IMG/VR virus record: IMGVR_UViG_2562617057_000010
Coordinates: 9,241 to 73,240 of that record
DNA: 64,000 bases
Strand: one strand, 5' to 3'
From: a virus
Taxonomy: Duplodnaviria; Heunggongvirae; Uroviricota; Caudoviricetes
This document shows positions 40,107 to 48,941 of this stretch, in pieces. The notes beneath the pieces are model-generated. The model ran no database searches and had not been told where the DNA came from. It saw only the letters and a list, made by a program, of their open reading frames with translations. Numbering within the stretch: position 1 is the stretch's first letter; every line of letters begins with the position of its first letter. The translations under genes and the position numbers were made by a program.

Positions 40107-41189
40107 ATGGCTTATTCACCACCGACATTATCATCGCTGATTGCCCGTACAGAACAGAATATTGAACAGCGCCTGCCGGGTAGCTGGCCTCAGGCCCGTG
40201 AAAAAACGCTGAGTGCCATTGCTTATGCTCAGGCGGGCCTTGCTGCCGGTTGTTACGAGCATATTTCATGGGTTGGACGGCAGATTATCCCGTCGACAGC
40301 AGATGAAGATGAGTTGCTGGAGCACTGCCGGTTCTGGGGCGTGCGCCGCAAACAGGCGACAGCCGCCAGCGGCCCGCTGACTGTCACCACATCGGCAGCG
40401 ACCACCATTCCTGCCGGTACACGCTGGCAGCGTGCTGATGGTGTGGTTTACAGCCTGGCTGATGCCATTGTGATTGACCGTGCAGGAACGACGGAAATTA
40501 CCGTTACCGCACTGGCTGCCGGTGAGGCAGGAAATACCGGTGAGAATACCCTTTTAACGTTGATTACTCCGGTTGCCTGTGTTGTTTCCGATGCCATCAC
40601 TGTAAAAGGGTTTTCCGGTGGAGCTGATATTGAGAGTGCAGCGGAGCTGCTGTCACGGCTGGAATATCGTGTCCAGTATCCTCCGTTCGGCGGTAATCAG
40701 TTTGATTATGTTCGCTGGGCGCGTGAAGTCAGCGGCGTTACCCGTGCCTGGTGTTTTCCGACATGGAAAGGCGGTGGCACAGTCGGGGTGACGTTTGTTA
40801 TGGATAACCGGAGCAATATTTTTCCACAACCGGCAGATGTGGAACGTGTGGCGGATTATATCGCCGGTCATACTGACCCGATAACCGGCCTGATTGTCGG
40901 GCAGCCTGATGGTGTAAATGTCACGGTATTTGCGCCAGAGTCAAAGCCGGTAAATCCACGGATTTATATATCACCGAAGACTGCCGAACTGAAACAGGCC
41001 ATTACCCACGCCATTAATACCATGTTTTTTAATGAGGTGACGCCGGGCGGTGCACTTGCCCCCTCCCGTATTATCCGTGCGGTGGCAGGTGTTACCGGTC
41101 TGGATGATTTTGAAGTGCGTTTCCCGACAGAGATCCAGCGTTCGGAGAATACGGAACTGTTAACACCGGGGACAATTGAATGGCTGTAA
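40107..41189 (+). CDS. baseplate J-like protein (Mu gp47 position)
   Basis: 360-aa ORF. Confidence 0.75.
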   Translation: MAYSPPTLSSLIARTEQNIEQRLPGSWPQAREKTLSAIAYAQAGLAAGCYEHISWVGRQIIPSTADEDELLEHCRFWGVRRKQATAASGPLTVTTSAATTIPAGTRWQRADGVVYSLADAIVIDRAGTTEITVTALAAGEAGNTGENTLLTLITPVACVVSDAITVKGFSGGADIESAAELLSRLEYRVQYPPFGGNQFDYVRWAREVSGVTRAWCFPTWKGGGTVGVTFVMDNRSNIFPQPADVERVADYIAGHTDPITGLIVGQPDGVNVTVFAPESKPVNPRIYISPKTAELKQAITHAINTMFFNEVTPGGALAPSRIIRAVAGVTGLDDFEVRFPTEIQRSENTELLTPGTIEWL

Positions 41190-41722
41190 CACCCTGGCAG
41201 ACGGCCTTTCTGCAATTACTGCCGTCAGGGCTTGCCTGGAATAAAAGCCCCGACAGCAAATTATCTGCGCTGGCGCAGGCCATCAGCGACGTGATTGCCA
41301 CTGCGGCGGATGATGCGCGGCAAATACTGCGGGAGCGTTTCCCGTCCACATCCCGCTGGTATCTGGGTGAGTGGGAATCACTTCTGGGGTTGCCGGACTG
41401 TACAAGCGAAAACGGCACCCTGTCCGAACGCCAGCGGGCTGCCGCGAATAAAATGCGTATGACCGGCAATCTGAGTCGGCGCTTTTATGAATGGCTGGCT
41501 GCGCAGTACGGTTTTACCGTCAGGCTGACGGATTCCACAGAAGGCCAGTGGGTTACGCAGGTCAATATTTACGGTATTAAAAATTATCGCAACGCAACGG
41601 TGCTGGATAATGTTCTGACGCCGTTACGTGTTTATGAATCGGGTGCGCTGGAATGTTTACTGGAGAAATATAAACCCGCGCATCAGATTTATAAATTTGT
41701 TTACCATGACGGAGATAACTAA
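41180..41722 (+). CDS. tail protein (Mu gp48 position, gpI-like)
   Basis: 180-aa ORF before the tail fibre gene. Confidence 0.6.
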   Translation: MAVTPWQTAFLQLLPSGLAWNKSPDSKLSALAQAISDVIATAADDARQILRERFPSTSRWYLGEWESLLGLPDCTSENGTLSERQRAAANKMRMTGNLSRRFYEWLAAQYGFTVRLTDSTEGQWVTQVNIYGIKNYRNATVLDNVLTPLRVYESGALECLLEKYKPAHQIYKFVYHDGDN

Positions 41723-43233
41723 TGTTTTATATTGATAACGACAGCGGCGTAACCGTCATGCCGCCCGTATCCGCCCAGCGTAGTGCTATCGTTCGCTGGT
41801 TTTCAGAAGGTGACGGGAATAATGTTATCACATGGCCCGGCATGGACTGGTTTAATATTGTGCAGGCGGAGTTATTAAACACGCTGGAAGAAGCCGGTAT
41901 TCAACCGGATAAAACAAAATTAAACCAGCTTGCACTGTCCATTAAAGCCATTATGAGCAATAACGCGCTGCTGATAAAAAATAACCTCAGCGAAATTAAA
42001 ACTGCCGGGGCATCAGCACAGCGTACAGCACGTGAAAATCTGGATATCTATGATGCCAGCCTGAACAAAAAAGGACTCGTTCAGCTAACCAGTGCCACTG
42101 ACAGCCCCAGTGAAACGCTGGCAGCCACCGCAAAAGCGGTGAAAATTGCGATGGATAATGCCAGTGCCCGTCTGGCAAAAGACCGGAACGGAGCAGATAT
42201 TCCCAATAAGCCGCTGTTTATCCAAAACGTCGGTTTACAGGAAACGGTAAACCGGGCCAGGAACGCTGTGCAAAAAAATGGCGATACCTTGTCCGGCGGA
42301 CTTACTTTTGAAAACAACTCAATCCTTGCCTGGATTCGGAATACTGACTGGGCAAAGATTGGTTTTAAAAATGATGCCGACAGCGATACTGATTCCTACA
42401 TGTGGTTTGAAACAGGCGACAACGGCAATGAATATTTCAAATGGAGACACCGCATCATTGGCACCCGGCCTAAAGACCTGATGAATCTTAAATGGAATGC
42501 TTTGTCTGTTCTTGTTAAAGCCCTTTTCAGCAGTGAAGTGAAAATATCGACAGTCAATGCACTGAGGATATTTAATTCATCTTTTGGTGCCATTTTTCGC
42601 CGTTCTGAAGAATGCCTGCATATCATCCCTACACGAGAGAATGAGGGAGAAAATGGTAATATAGGGCCATTACGCCCCTTTACGCTTAATCTCAGAACTG
42701 GCCGGATAAGCATGGGGCATGGTCTGGTTGTTACAGGAGATATATTTGCAAACCGTTTTGCAATTAACAGTAGTACCGGCATGTGGATTCATATGCGTGA
42801 CCAGAATGTTATTCTGGGCCGTAATGCGGTATCCAACGATGGTGCGCAGGCATTGCTTCGCCAGGACCATACCGACCGTAAATTCGTAATTGGTGGGCTG
42901 GGGAATAAGCAATTTGGCATCTACATGATTAATAACTCAAGGACAGCCAATGGCACCGATGGTCAGGCGTACATGGATAATAACGGTAACTGGCTTTGTG
43001 GTGCGCAAGTTATTCCCGGCAACTATGGCAATTTTGATTCCAGATATGTGAAAGATGTTCGACTTGGTACTCGTGTTGTTCAGGTCATGCAAAGAGGCGT
43101 GATGTATGAAAAATCAGGTCATGTAATAACAGGGCTTGGCATTATTGGCTCTGTTGATGGTGATGACCCAGCAGTATTCAGACCAATACAAAAATACATC
43201 AATGGCACATGGTATAACGTCGCACAGGTATAA
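41722..43233 (+). CDS. tail fibre protein S (constant part plus variable part Sv)
   Basis: 503 aa; gix-like site at codon ~167; C-terminus ...RPIQKYINGTWYNVAQV shared with the S' cassette end (...PVQYCINGTWYNAGSI). Confidence 0.85.
   Translation: MFYIDNDSGVTVMPPVSAQRSAIVRWFSEGDGNNVITWPGMDWFNIVQAELLNTLEEAGIQPDKTKLNQLALSIKAIMSNNALLIKNNLSEIKTAGASAQRTARENLDIYDASLNKKGLVQLTSATDSPSETLAATAKAVKIAMDNASARLAKDRNGADIPNKPLFIQNVGLQETVNRARNAVQKNGDTLSGGLTFENNSILAWIRNTDWAKIGFKNDADSDTDSYMWFETGDNGNEYFKWRHRIIGTRPKDLMNLKWNALSVLVKALFSSEVKISTVNALRIFNSSFGAIFRRSEECLHIIPTRENEGENGNIGPLRPFTLNLRTGRISMGHGLVVTGDIFANRFAINSSTGMWIHMRDQNVILGRNAVSNDGAQALLRQDHTDRKFVIGGLGNKQFGIYMINNSRTANGTDGQAYMDNNGNWLCGAQVIPGNYGNFDSRYVKDVRLGTRVVQVMQRGVMYEKSGHVITGLGIIGSVDGDDPAVFRPIQKYINGTWYNVAQV
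42218..42243 (+). other. gix-like invertase crossover site inside S (left G-segment boundary)
   Basis: TTATCCAAAACGTCGGTTTACAGGAA, imperfect 12-2-12 dyad of the gix/hix/cix type; no inverted second copy found. Confidence 0.6.
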
Positions 43234-43236
43234 ATC

Positions 43237-43764
43237 ATGCAGCATTTAAAAAACATCAGGTCAGGAAACCCAAAGATAAAAGAGCAATACCAATTAACAA
43301 AGAATTTTGACGTAATCTGGTTGTGGACAGAAGACGGAAAAAACTGGTATGAGGAAGTGAAGAACTTTCAGCCAGATACAATAAAGATTGTTTACGATGA
43401 AAATAATATTATTGTCGCCATCACTAAAGATGCCTCCACGCTTAATCCTGAAGGCTTTAGCGTCGTTGAGGTCCCCGATATAACAGCAAATCGTCGTGCC
43501 GATGATTCCGGGAAGTGGATGTTTAAGGACGGAGCTGTGGTTAAGCGGATTTATACGGCAGACGAACAGCAGCAACAGGCCGAATCACAAAAGGCCGCAT
43601 TGCTTTCCGAAGCTGAATCAGTCATCCAGCCGCTGGAGCGCTCTGTCAGGCTGAATATGGCGACGGATGAGGAACGCGCACGACTGGAGTCATGGGAACA
43701 CTATAGTGTTCTGGTCAGCCGTGTGGATACGGCAAATCCTGAATGGCCACAAAAGCCTGAATAA
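43237..43764 (+). CDS. tail fibre assembly protein U
   Basis: 175 aa; paralog of U' on the opposite strand ([22 protein letters not shown] vs [22 protein letters not shown]). Confidence 0.8.
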   Translation: MQHLKNIRSGNPKIKEQYQLTKNFDVIWLWTEDGKNWYEEVKNFQPDTIKIVYDENNIIVAITKDASTLNPEGFSVVEVPDITANRRADDSGKWMFKDGAVVKRIYTADEQQQQAESQKAALLSEAESVIQPLERSVRLNMATDEERARLESWEHYSVLVSRVDTANPEWPQKPE

Positions 43765-43769
43765 AAATT

Positions 43770-43789
43770 AAGGCCCGATAGCGGGCCTT
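43770..43789. terminator. bidirectional hairpin terminator between convergent U and U'
   Basis: AAGGCCCG-ATAG-CGGGCCTT perfect 8-bp stem with A-run upstream and T-run downstream. Confidence 0.6.
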
Positions 43790-43792
43790 GTT

Positions 43793-44326
43793 TCATTCTG
43801 GTTGTTCTGGAAACGTTACTGGCAGGCTGGAGGTGTCTGTGGATTCGACCTTCTGCGCATAGAGCATCCACTCGGTTAATTTTTGTTTATTCTCGTCGGA
43901 AATGATGCCCAGCCGTAGCTGTGAGTCCCATAGCTGAGTTTTATCCCTGACAAGTTGCAACAGACTTTGCTTTTCATTTTCCGCCTGTTGCCTCTGTTCT
44001 TCCCCGGTATAAGTTCGCTTTATCACTACGCCATCTTTGAACATCCATTTACCCGAAATATCAGCCCGGCGATTTGCTGTAATATCAGGTAATTCAATGA
44101 CGCTTGCGCCTTCCGGATTAATTGCTGAAACATCCTTTTCAATACAAATAATAACGCCGTTGTGGTCATAGACCATTTTCAACGTATCAGGCTGAAAGTT
44201 CTTTTGCTCCTCATACCAGTTTTTCCCATCCTCTGTATAAAGCCATTTGATGTTAAATTGCTTTGTTAGCTGGTATTGCTCTTTTGTTTCAGGATTACCA
44301 GCAGAAATGTTTTTTAAGTGCATCAT
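43793..44326 (-). CDS. tail fibre assembly protein U' (alternative cassette, not expressed in this orientation)
   Basis: 177-aa intact ORF paralogous to U. Confidence 0.75.
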   Translation of the reverse strand: MMHLKNISAGNPETKEQYQLTKQFNIKWLYTEDGKNWYEEQKNFQPDTLKMVYDHNGVIICIEKDVSAINPEGASVIELPDITANRRADISGKWMFKDGVVIKRTYTGEEQRQQAENEKQSLLQLVRDKTQLWDSQLRLGIISDENKQKLTEWMLYAQKVESTDTSSLPVTFPEQPE

Positions 44327-44328
44327 CG

Positions 44329-44841
44329 TTAAATACTCCCCGCGTTATACCACGTTCCATTAATGCAATACTGAACTGGCCTTGCCTGAGTTGTATCAAT
44401 TAGTGCATCTCTGTTTGAGTTAACGGAACCGGTAACAACATAACCTGACCTGTCAGACCAGCCGGGACCATTCCATGTCTGAACAGATGACAGACCACCA
44501 AGGCGAATACCTGTAATAAACCTTGAGTTACATTCTGCCTGCGTATATGCGCCAACATCTCTCGCTGATGGCTTGCGTGTTGTGGTGTAAAACTCTGACC
44601 AGCCAGCCTCAAATCCATAACCATCACGCGCTGAACGATAAAAAATACCGCCGTTCTTATAATTCACACGGAACTGTACAGCAGGGCAACTCCCCGTATT
44701 CATATTGAAGTGGAGTATTAATGCTGTTGCGCCTTTGATATCTGCATCATAAACACCGCTAATCAATGCAATATAGAAAACGACGATCGAATCAATTGAA
44801 TCGATCGGTAATACAGATCGATTATGTCCTGATAACCACAC
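44329..44841 (-). other. S' variable tail-fibre cassette remnant, 5'-truncated
   Basis: C-terminal fibre-tip homology to Sv; in-frame stop immediately upstream of the GTG at 44841; the first ~20 codons coincide with the mom GATC control region. Confidence 0.6.
44785..44819 (+). promoter_or_regulatory. three clustered GATC sites upstream of com-mom (Dam-dependent mom control region)
   Basis: GATC at 44785, 44803 and 44816, 75-110 bp upstream of com ATG, matching the known Mu mom regulation layout. Confidence 0.6.
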
Positions 44842-44893
44842 TCACCCCATGATGTTTTTTAAGATAGTGGCGAATTGATGCAAAGGAGGTGAG

Positions 44894-45082
44894 ATGAAAT
44901 CAATTCGCTGTAAGAACTGCAACAAACTGTTATTTAAGGCGGGTTCCTTTGATCACATTGAAATCAGGTGTCCGCGTTGCAAACGTCACATCATAATGCT
45001 GAATGCCTGCGAGCATCCCACGGAGAAACATTGTGGGAAAAGAGAAGAAATCACGCATTCTGACGAAACCGTGCGTTATTGA
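44894..45082 (+). CDS. com: Com zinc-finger translational activator of mom
   Basis: 62 aa, [16 protein letters not shown]...[12 protein letters not shown], matching Mu Com as recalled from memory; overlaps mom start. Confidence 0.85.
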   Translation: MKSIRCKNCNKLLFKAGSFDHIEIRCPRCKRHIIMLNACEHPTEKHCGKREEITHSDETVRY

Positions 45083-45728
45083 GTATGAAGGCCAGATTGT
45101 TGGCTATGGTTCAAAGGAGCTGCGCGTTGAAACCATATCCTGCTGGCTGGCCCGCACAATCATTCAGACAAAACATTACTCCCGCCGTTTTGTGAATAAC
45201 TCTTACCTTCACCTGGGAGTATTCAGCGGACGTGAGCTGGTTGGCGTTCTCCAGTGGGGATATGCCCTTAACCCCAACTCAGGTCGTCGTGTCGTGCTTG
45301 AAACGGATAACCGGGGTTATATGGAGCTGAACCGCATGTGGCTACACGACGACATGCCCCGCAACTCTGAATCACGGGCCATCAGTTATGCGCTGAAAAC
45401 CATCAGATTACTGTATCCATCAGTGGAATGGGTACAGTCCTTTGCAGACGAACGCTGCGGACGTGCTGGCGTTGTGTATCAGGCGTCAAATTTTGATTTT
45501 ATTGGCGGCCATGAAAGCACGTTCTACGAGCTGGATGGCGAGTGGTATCACGAGATAACGATGAACGCGATTAAGCGCGGTGGACAACGAGGCGTGTATT
45601 TACGGGCTAATAAAGAGCGTGCCGTGGTGCATAAATTTAATCAGTATCGCTACATCAGGTTCCTGAACAAGCGAGCAAAGAAGCGGCTAAATACTAAGCT
45701 ATTCAGGATTCAGCCATATCCGAAATGA
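45003..45728 (+). CDS. mom: Mom DNA modification protein (acetyltransferase-like)
   Basis: 241-aa ORF overlapping com, Mu Mom-like, last gene before the right end. Confidence 0.85.
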   Translation: MPASIPRRNIVGKEKKSRILTKPCVIEYEGQIVGYGSKELRVETISCWLARTIIQTKHYSRRFVNNSYLHLGVFSGRELVGVLQWGYALNPNSGRRVVLETDNRGYMELNRMWLHDDMPRNSESRAISYALKTIRLLYPSVEWVQSFADERCGRAGVVYQASNFDFIGGHESTFYELDGEWYHEITMNAIKRGGQRGVYLRANKERAVVHKFNQYRYIRFLNKRAKKRLNTKLFRIQPYPK

Positions 45729-45748
45729 TCCCATTTAATGAATAAAAA

Positions 45749-45772
45749 AACAGCGGTTAATGCCGCTGTTTT
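45749..45772 (+). terminator. rho-independent terminator after mom
   Basis: AACAGCGG-TTAAT-GCCGCTGTT hairpin followed by TTTT, overlapping the innermost right-end repeat. Confidence 0.6.
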
Positions 45773-45846
45773 ATCTTGAATAACTTCCATATGCGCGCTT
45801 CTGGCTTATCTTGAATGATTTCCATATCTATCTTGAATAATTTTCC
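45771..45846 (+). repeat. Mu-like right end: three inverted transposase-binding-type repeats TTATCTTGAA (45771, 45806, 45829)
   Basis: Reverse complements of the left-end 10-mer, compactly spaced; outermost copy with flank (GGAAAATTATTCAAGATA) mirrors the left terminus (GGTAATTTATTCAAGATA). Confidence 0.6.
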
Positions 45847-45860
45847 GCGCTTTACTTTCG

Positions 45861-46562
45861 TTATACCGCCCGTAATGCGCGCAGACGGGCGGCTATTTTG
45901 TTTCGTATGGCGCGAACACCTGCTTTGGGAGTGGTGCTGTGCGCACGGGCCATCCACTCATCGGCGCTACGTAGTTTCGCCACGTCGTAAATGGCGGCCG
46001 GGGTTGTCGGTTTGCCATCGCTGTCCCGTAACAGGTTAAGACCGGCGAATTTGTACCATCTGGCAACTATCTCTTCGTGCAGTGTCCAGTCTTTTTCGAT
46101 ATGGCTCATCACGCGGCTGAAATAGGGCTCGACGGAAAGGCCTTTATCAAACTGAATCTGTGCCCACTGCATGACCTCATCGGCGACGAACGTTGGCAAA
46201 TCACGGTCAAAGCGTGGTGGCATGGGTTGATTCTGTCCGATGGCGATATCGGCCCATTCCAGAGCTTTGTCCATTTCGCCGGTATCAAACAGCCAGACGA
46301 TGCACCAGGTAAACGGGATGTATTTGTACTCCTCGCCGCTTTGCAGCCACGCCTCAATCGTCGGCATCCAGCGCGGCAGCAGGGATTCACGCTTGAATGC
46401 CACACGATCGGCGTTGGTGGCGCAACTGCTCACAGCCCTGCAGTCGATTTCCAGTTGCGCCAGTTGCAGATGAAGACTGTCGCGTACGGTCAGTGCCTCG
46501 CGGTGTTCCATTGCCTGCTGCGCGGCCAGTCTGGCTCTGAACTTTTGCGCCGGAGTCTGCAT
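45861..46562 (-). CDS. terminase endonuclease (small) subunit, P2 gpM-like
   Basis: 233-aa ORF following N-like capsid gene in P2 O-N-M order. Confidence 0.7.
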   Translation of the reverse strand: MQTPAQKFRARLAAQQAMEHREALTVRDSLHLQLAQLEIDCRAVSSCATNADRVAFKRESLLPRWMPTIEAWLQSGEEYKYIPFTWCIVWLFDTGEMDKALEWADIAIGQNQPMPPRFDRDLPTFVADEVMQWAQIQFDKGLSVEPYFSRVMSHIEKDWTLHEEIVARWYKFAGLNLLRDSDGKPTTPAAIYDVAKLRSADEWMARAHSTTPKAGVRAIRNKIAARLRALRAV

Positions 46563-46573
46563 ACGTCAGTCCG

Positions 46574-47623
46574 TTACGCTGCCTGGTTTGGTTTCGCATG
46601 TTCAGGTGATGGCAGTCCTGCCAGTTCAATGTTGTCAAACGAACCGTAGAGTGCGTCATATTCCACGGCGCAACCCTGCATACGCAGCCAGTTGTTTTCG
46701 AAGCGTTTGCGGTCATCAATCCATTCGGCACGGCGTTGCTGTGTTCCGCGCTGGAAGTACATATGCAGATTCCAGAGCGTGGTGACAACCAGGCGGTTAT
46801 CCGGCATAAATGGCGGACTGAATGACTTGCGTCCGGCGATCTCACGGTTGATAAGCTGGGCGGCGACTTTTTCTGTCGGGCGGTCGATGCGGTTCAGCAT
46901 ACTGACCGTATCTGCTGCGATAATGTTCTGTGATACCAGTACAACCAGATCCGGGTGTTGACGGAATTCGGGTGGAATGCAGGTATTGATTACATCGGCG
47001 GCAATAGCATCAACAGACGTAAAATCAGCCCCGGTTCCTGTACGGTTCAATACGACCTTGTCAGTAATGATCTGTTTTGGTGTGCGCGCTTTAACAATCT
47101 GATGCCATCCCGGGTGAATATCTTCCCCGTTCGGGCAGGTATCAGGATTGGTTTCATCTGCGGCATGTGTACCGTTCAGTGCCACGCGTAACAGGTCGTT
47201 GGTGACTGACTTGTAAAAGAACGCCTGAAGACGGTTATAGAACTCGTTTTCGGTGCCTGCGTTTGCCCAGTTGGTCAGGGTGGTGTAGTCCAGGAATGAA
47301 CCGGAATCCACTTCGTAAAGCTTGTACTCGTTGCCTTCACTCCCCAGCGCTTTATTGAAGCGTCCGTCTTTCTTGCGCCCGGTATACAACCCCGGAATTC
47401 CGGTACTGACTACCTGGCCGACAAGCTGTTCGACCAGCATGACGGTGATCTTGCCCATGAACGGGTCGGCATTCTCAATCAGGGCATCGCGTAGCAGGGT
47501 TTCACGCGGTGGGCTGATGGTAAAAAACTGTTGTGCTGTAAATACGCCATTGGCTTTTGCCATCGAAATGGCGTAATTACGCAAAAACTTTTGCGCCTGT
47601 GGTGATAACATCTGTGCGGCCAT
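46574..47623 (-). CDS. major capsid protein, P2 gpN-like
   Basis: 349 aa (P2 N ~357), between O-like and M-like genes. Confidence 0.8.
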   Translation of the reverse strand: MAAQMLSPQAQKFLRNYAISMAKANGVFTAQQFFTISPPRETLLRDALIENADPFMGKITVMLVEQLVGQVVSTGIPGLYTGRKKDGRFNKALGSEGNEYKLYEVDSGSFLDYTTLTNWANAGTENEFYNRLQAFFYKSVTNDLLRVALNGTHAADETNPDTCPNGEDIHPGWHQIVKARTPKQIITDKVVLNRTGTGADFTSVDAIAADVINTCIPPEFRQHPDLVVLVSQNIIAADTVSMLNRIDRPTEKVAAQLINREIAGRKSFSPPFMPDNRLVVTTLWNLHMYFQRGTQQRRAEWIDDRKRFENNWLRMQGCAVEYDALYGSFDNIELAGLPSPEHAKPNQAA

Positions 47624-47671
47624 TGGTTTTTTCTCCGGTTGGTCCTTTTGTCTGTTTTTCTCAACGACCGC

Positions 47672-48784
47672 TTACAGCGGCTCAAACTGTGCGGGTTGTC
47701 CGCCGGGTGCTACGCCCGGCATCGGTGTGCGCCGGGCTTCAATGGCCGAAAAACGCTGGCTCAGATTTTCGATTGCACTGGTAAGCGTTGTCAGTGTGGC
47801 GGCGTCGGCCTCATCATCTTTTTCCGTCTTTCGGGTACTGAAATTCTGCGCTGCGGCTGGTGCTGGCTGTTGTCCGCCATTACGGGCGGCGATACGTGCC
47901 TGGAGTTTTGCGGTTTCAGCATCCTGTGGCTGCACCGTAAAGGTGTTAAGTGCGGTCTGTAGCTCCGTCACGGCGGTGGTGTAGTTCTGGCGTGCCGTGT
48001 CGTCTTTCGGGTTGATGGCCAGTGTGTCAGTGGCAACGGAAAGCTTTTCACTCAGCTCCGCAACGTGATTAGCGTGAGCGCTGAAATCCCCGGTTACTGG
48101 CTGTGTGTCTGCTGTTGCGGATGCCGTGGGCTGCGCCGGTGCGGGTTGCTGTGCCTGTGGTTGCGTGTTCGCCTGCGCGTCAATTTTTGCCGTCAGAGTG
48201 ACAATCTGGGCTAGCAACTGGTTCGCCTGTTCTTTAGTCATGGATTTATCCTCATGATGGTTTGTTGGGGTGTCAGCGACCAGCGTCAGACGCCCAAGAC
48301 TGAACATTTCAATATTTCCAGCGGCGGCATACTGCGGACGTGAGCCCTGTGTGTTGTTTTCCACTGATTTGATTTCCATGCGCTGGGTTCCCAGACTTGC
48401 CGGACTGTCGGTTGCTGCCAGCCCGTACAGATAGGTTTGCCCGGTGTTGGCATAGTTCTCCCAGAACTCGCACGAGGTAAAGAGCTTCTGGCCGCGATCG
48501 TTAAGGTTAACCAGCGCCTGGTTAGGCTCCAGCTTCGCCATAAGGCGCAGTCTTCCGGCGTCTTCTTTAGCCGCCAGCTCGGAAACAAGCCCCAGATTGG
48601 GGGTAAATTCTCGCTCCTGAAGACTGTATACGGGGTGATTAGGCCAGATCATCGCTGTGTATCTGGCGGTGCTGTAGTTGTCAGCGGCCTGCTGGATCAT
48701 TTCGCGGGTAATGGGGCGACCGTCGATGGCGTAGCCTTCGGTTGCTATGCATATCCAGTCAGTGGTGTATTTCTGCTTTGCCAT
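47672..48784 (-). CDS. capsid scaffolding protein, P2 gpO-like
   Basis: Start at MAKQKYTT (track ORF starts at 48844); central Q/A/P-rich linker; divergent from P. Confidence 0.75.
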   Translation of the reverse strand: MAKQKYTTDWICIATEGYAIDGRPITREMIQQAADNYSTARYTAMIWPNHPVYSLQEREFTPNLGLVSELAAKEDAGRLRLMAKLEPNQALVNLNDRGQKLFTSCEFWENYANTGQTYLYGLAATDSPASLGTQRMEIKSVENNTQGSRPQYAAAGNIEMFSLGRLTLVADTPTNHHEDKSMTKEQANQLLAQIVTLTAKIDAQANTQPQAQQPAPAQPTASATADTQPVTGDFSAHANHVAELSEKLSVATDTLAINPKDDTARQNYTTAVTELQTALNTFTVQPQDAETAKLQARIAARNGGQQPAPAAAQNFSTRKTEKDDEADAATLTTLTSAIENLSQRFSAIEARRTPMPGVAPGGQPAQFEPL

Positions 48785-48941
48785 TTCATTACCGCTTTTT
48801 GATGTATCTGGCGGTATTATTGCGGCTGTTTTCGCGGGTTTCATTCGTTCTGAATCCGGGCTTTTCGTATATGATTTTATGTGCGAAAAATGCCAAAATT
48901 TAACGATATTTCAGAGTGTTATTGCTCTTTATGATGGGCGA

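Larger units (their letters stand above)
9489..45848 (+). mobile_element. Mu-like transposable prophage, complete (~36.4 kb); boundaries approximate (+/-20 bp)
   Basis: Mu gene order c/ner/A/B ... gam, mor, C, lysis, Mu-type head and tail, S-U-U'-S', com-mom; three TTCAAGATAA sites at the left end and three inverted copies at the right end. Confidence 0.8.

Noticed and set aside
44842-44893. Search for a gin-type invertase gene and second gix site between S' and com
   Set aside because: Only 52 bp separate the S' frame from com, too short for a gene; no serine-invertase-like ORF and no inverted gix copy found anywhere in the window.
48747-48941. N-terminal extension of the large terminase ORF
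   Set aside because: It overlaps the divergent scaffold gene and promoter region; the internal ATG at 48942 gives a P2 gpP-sized protein.
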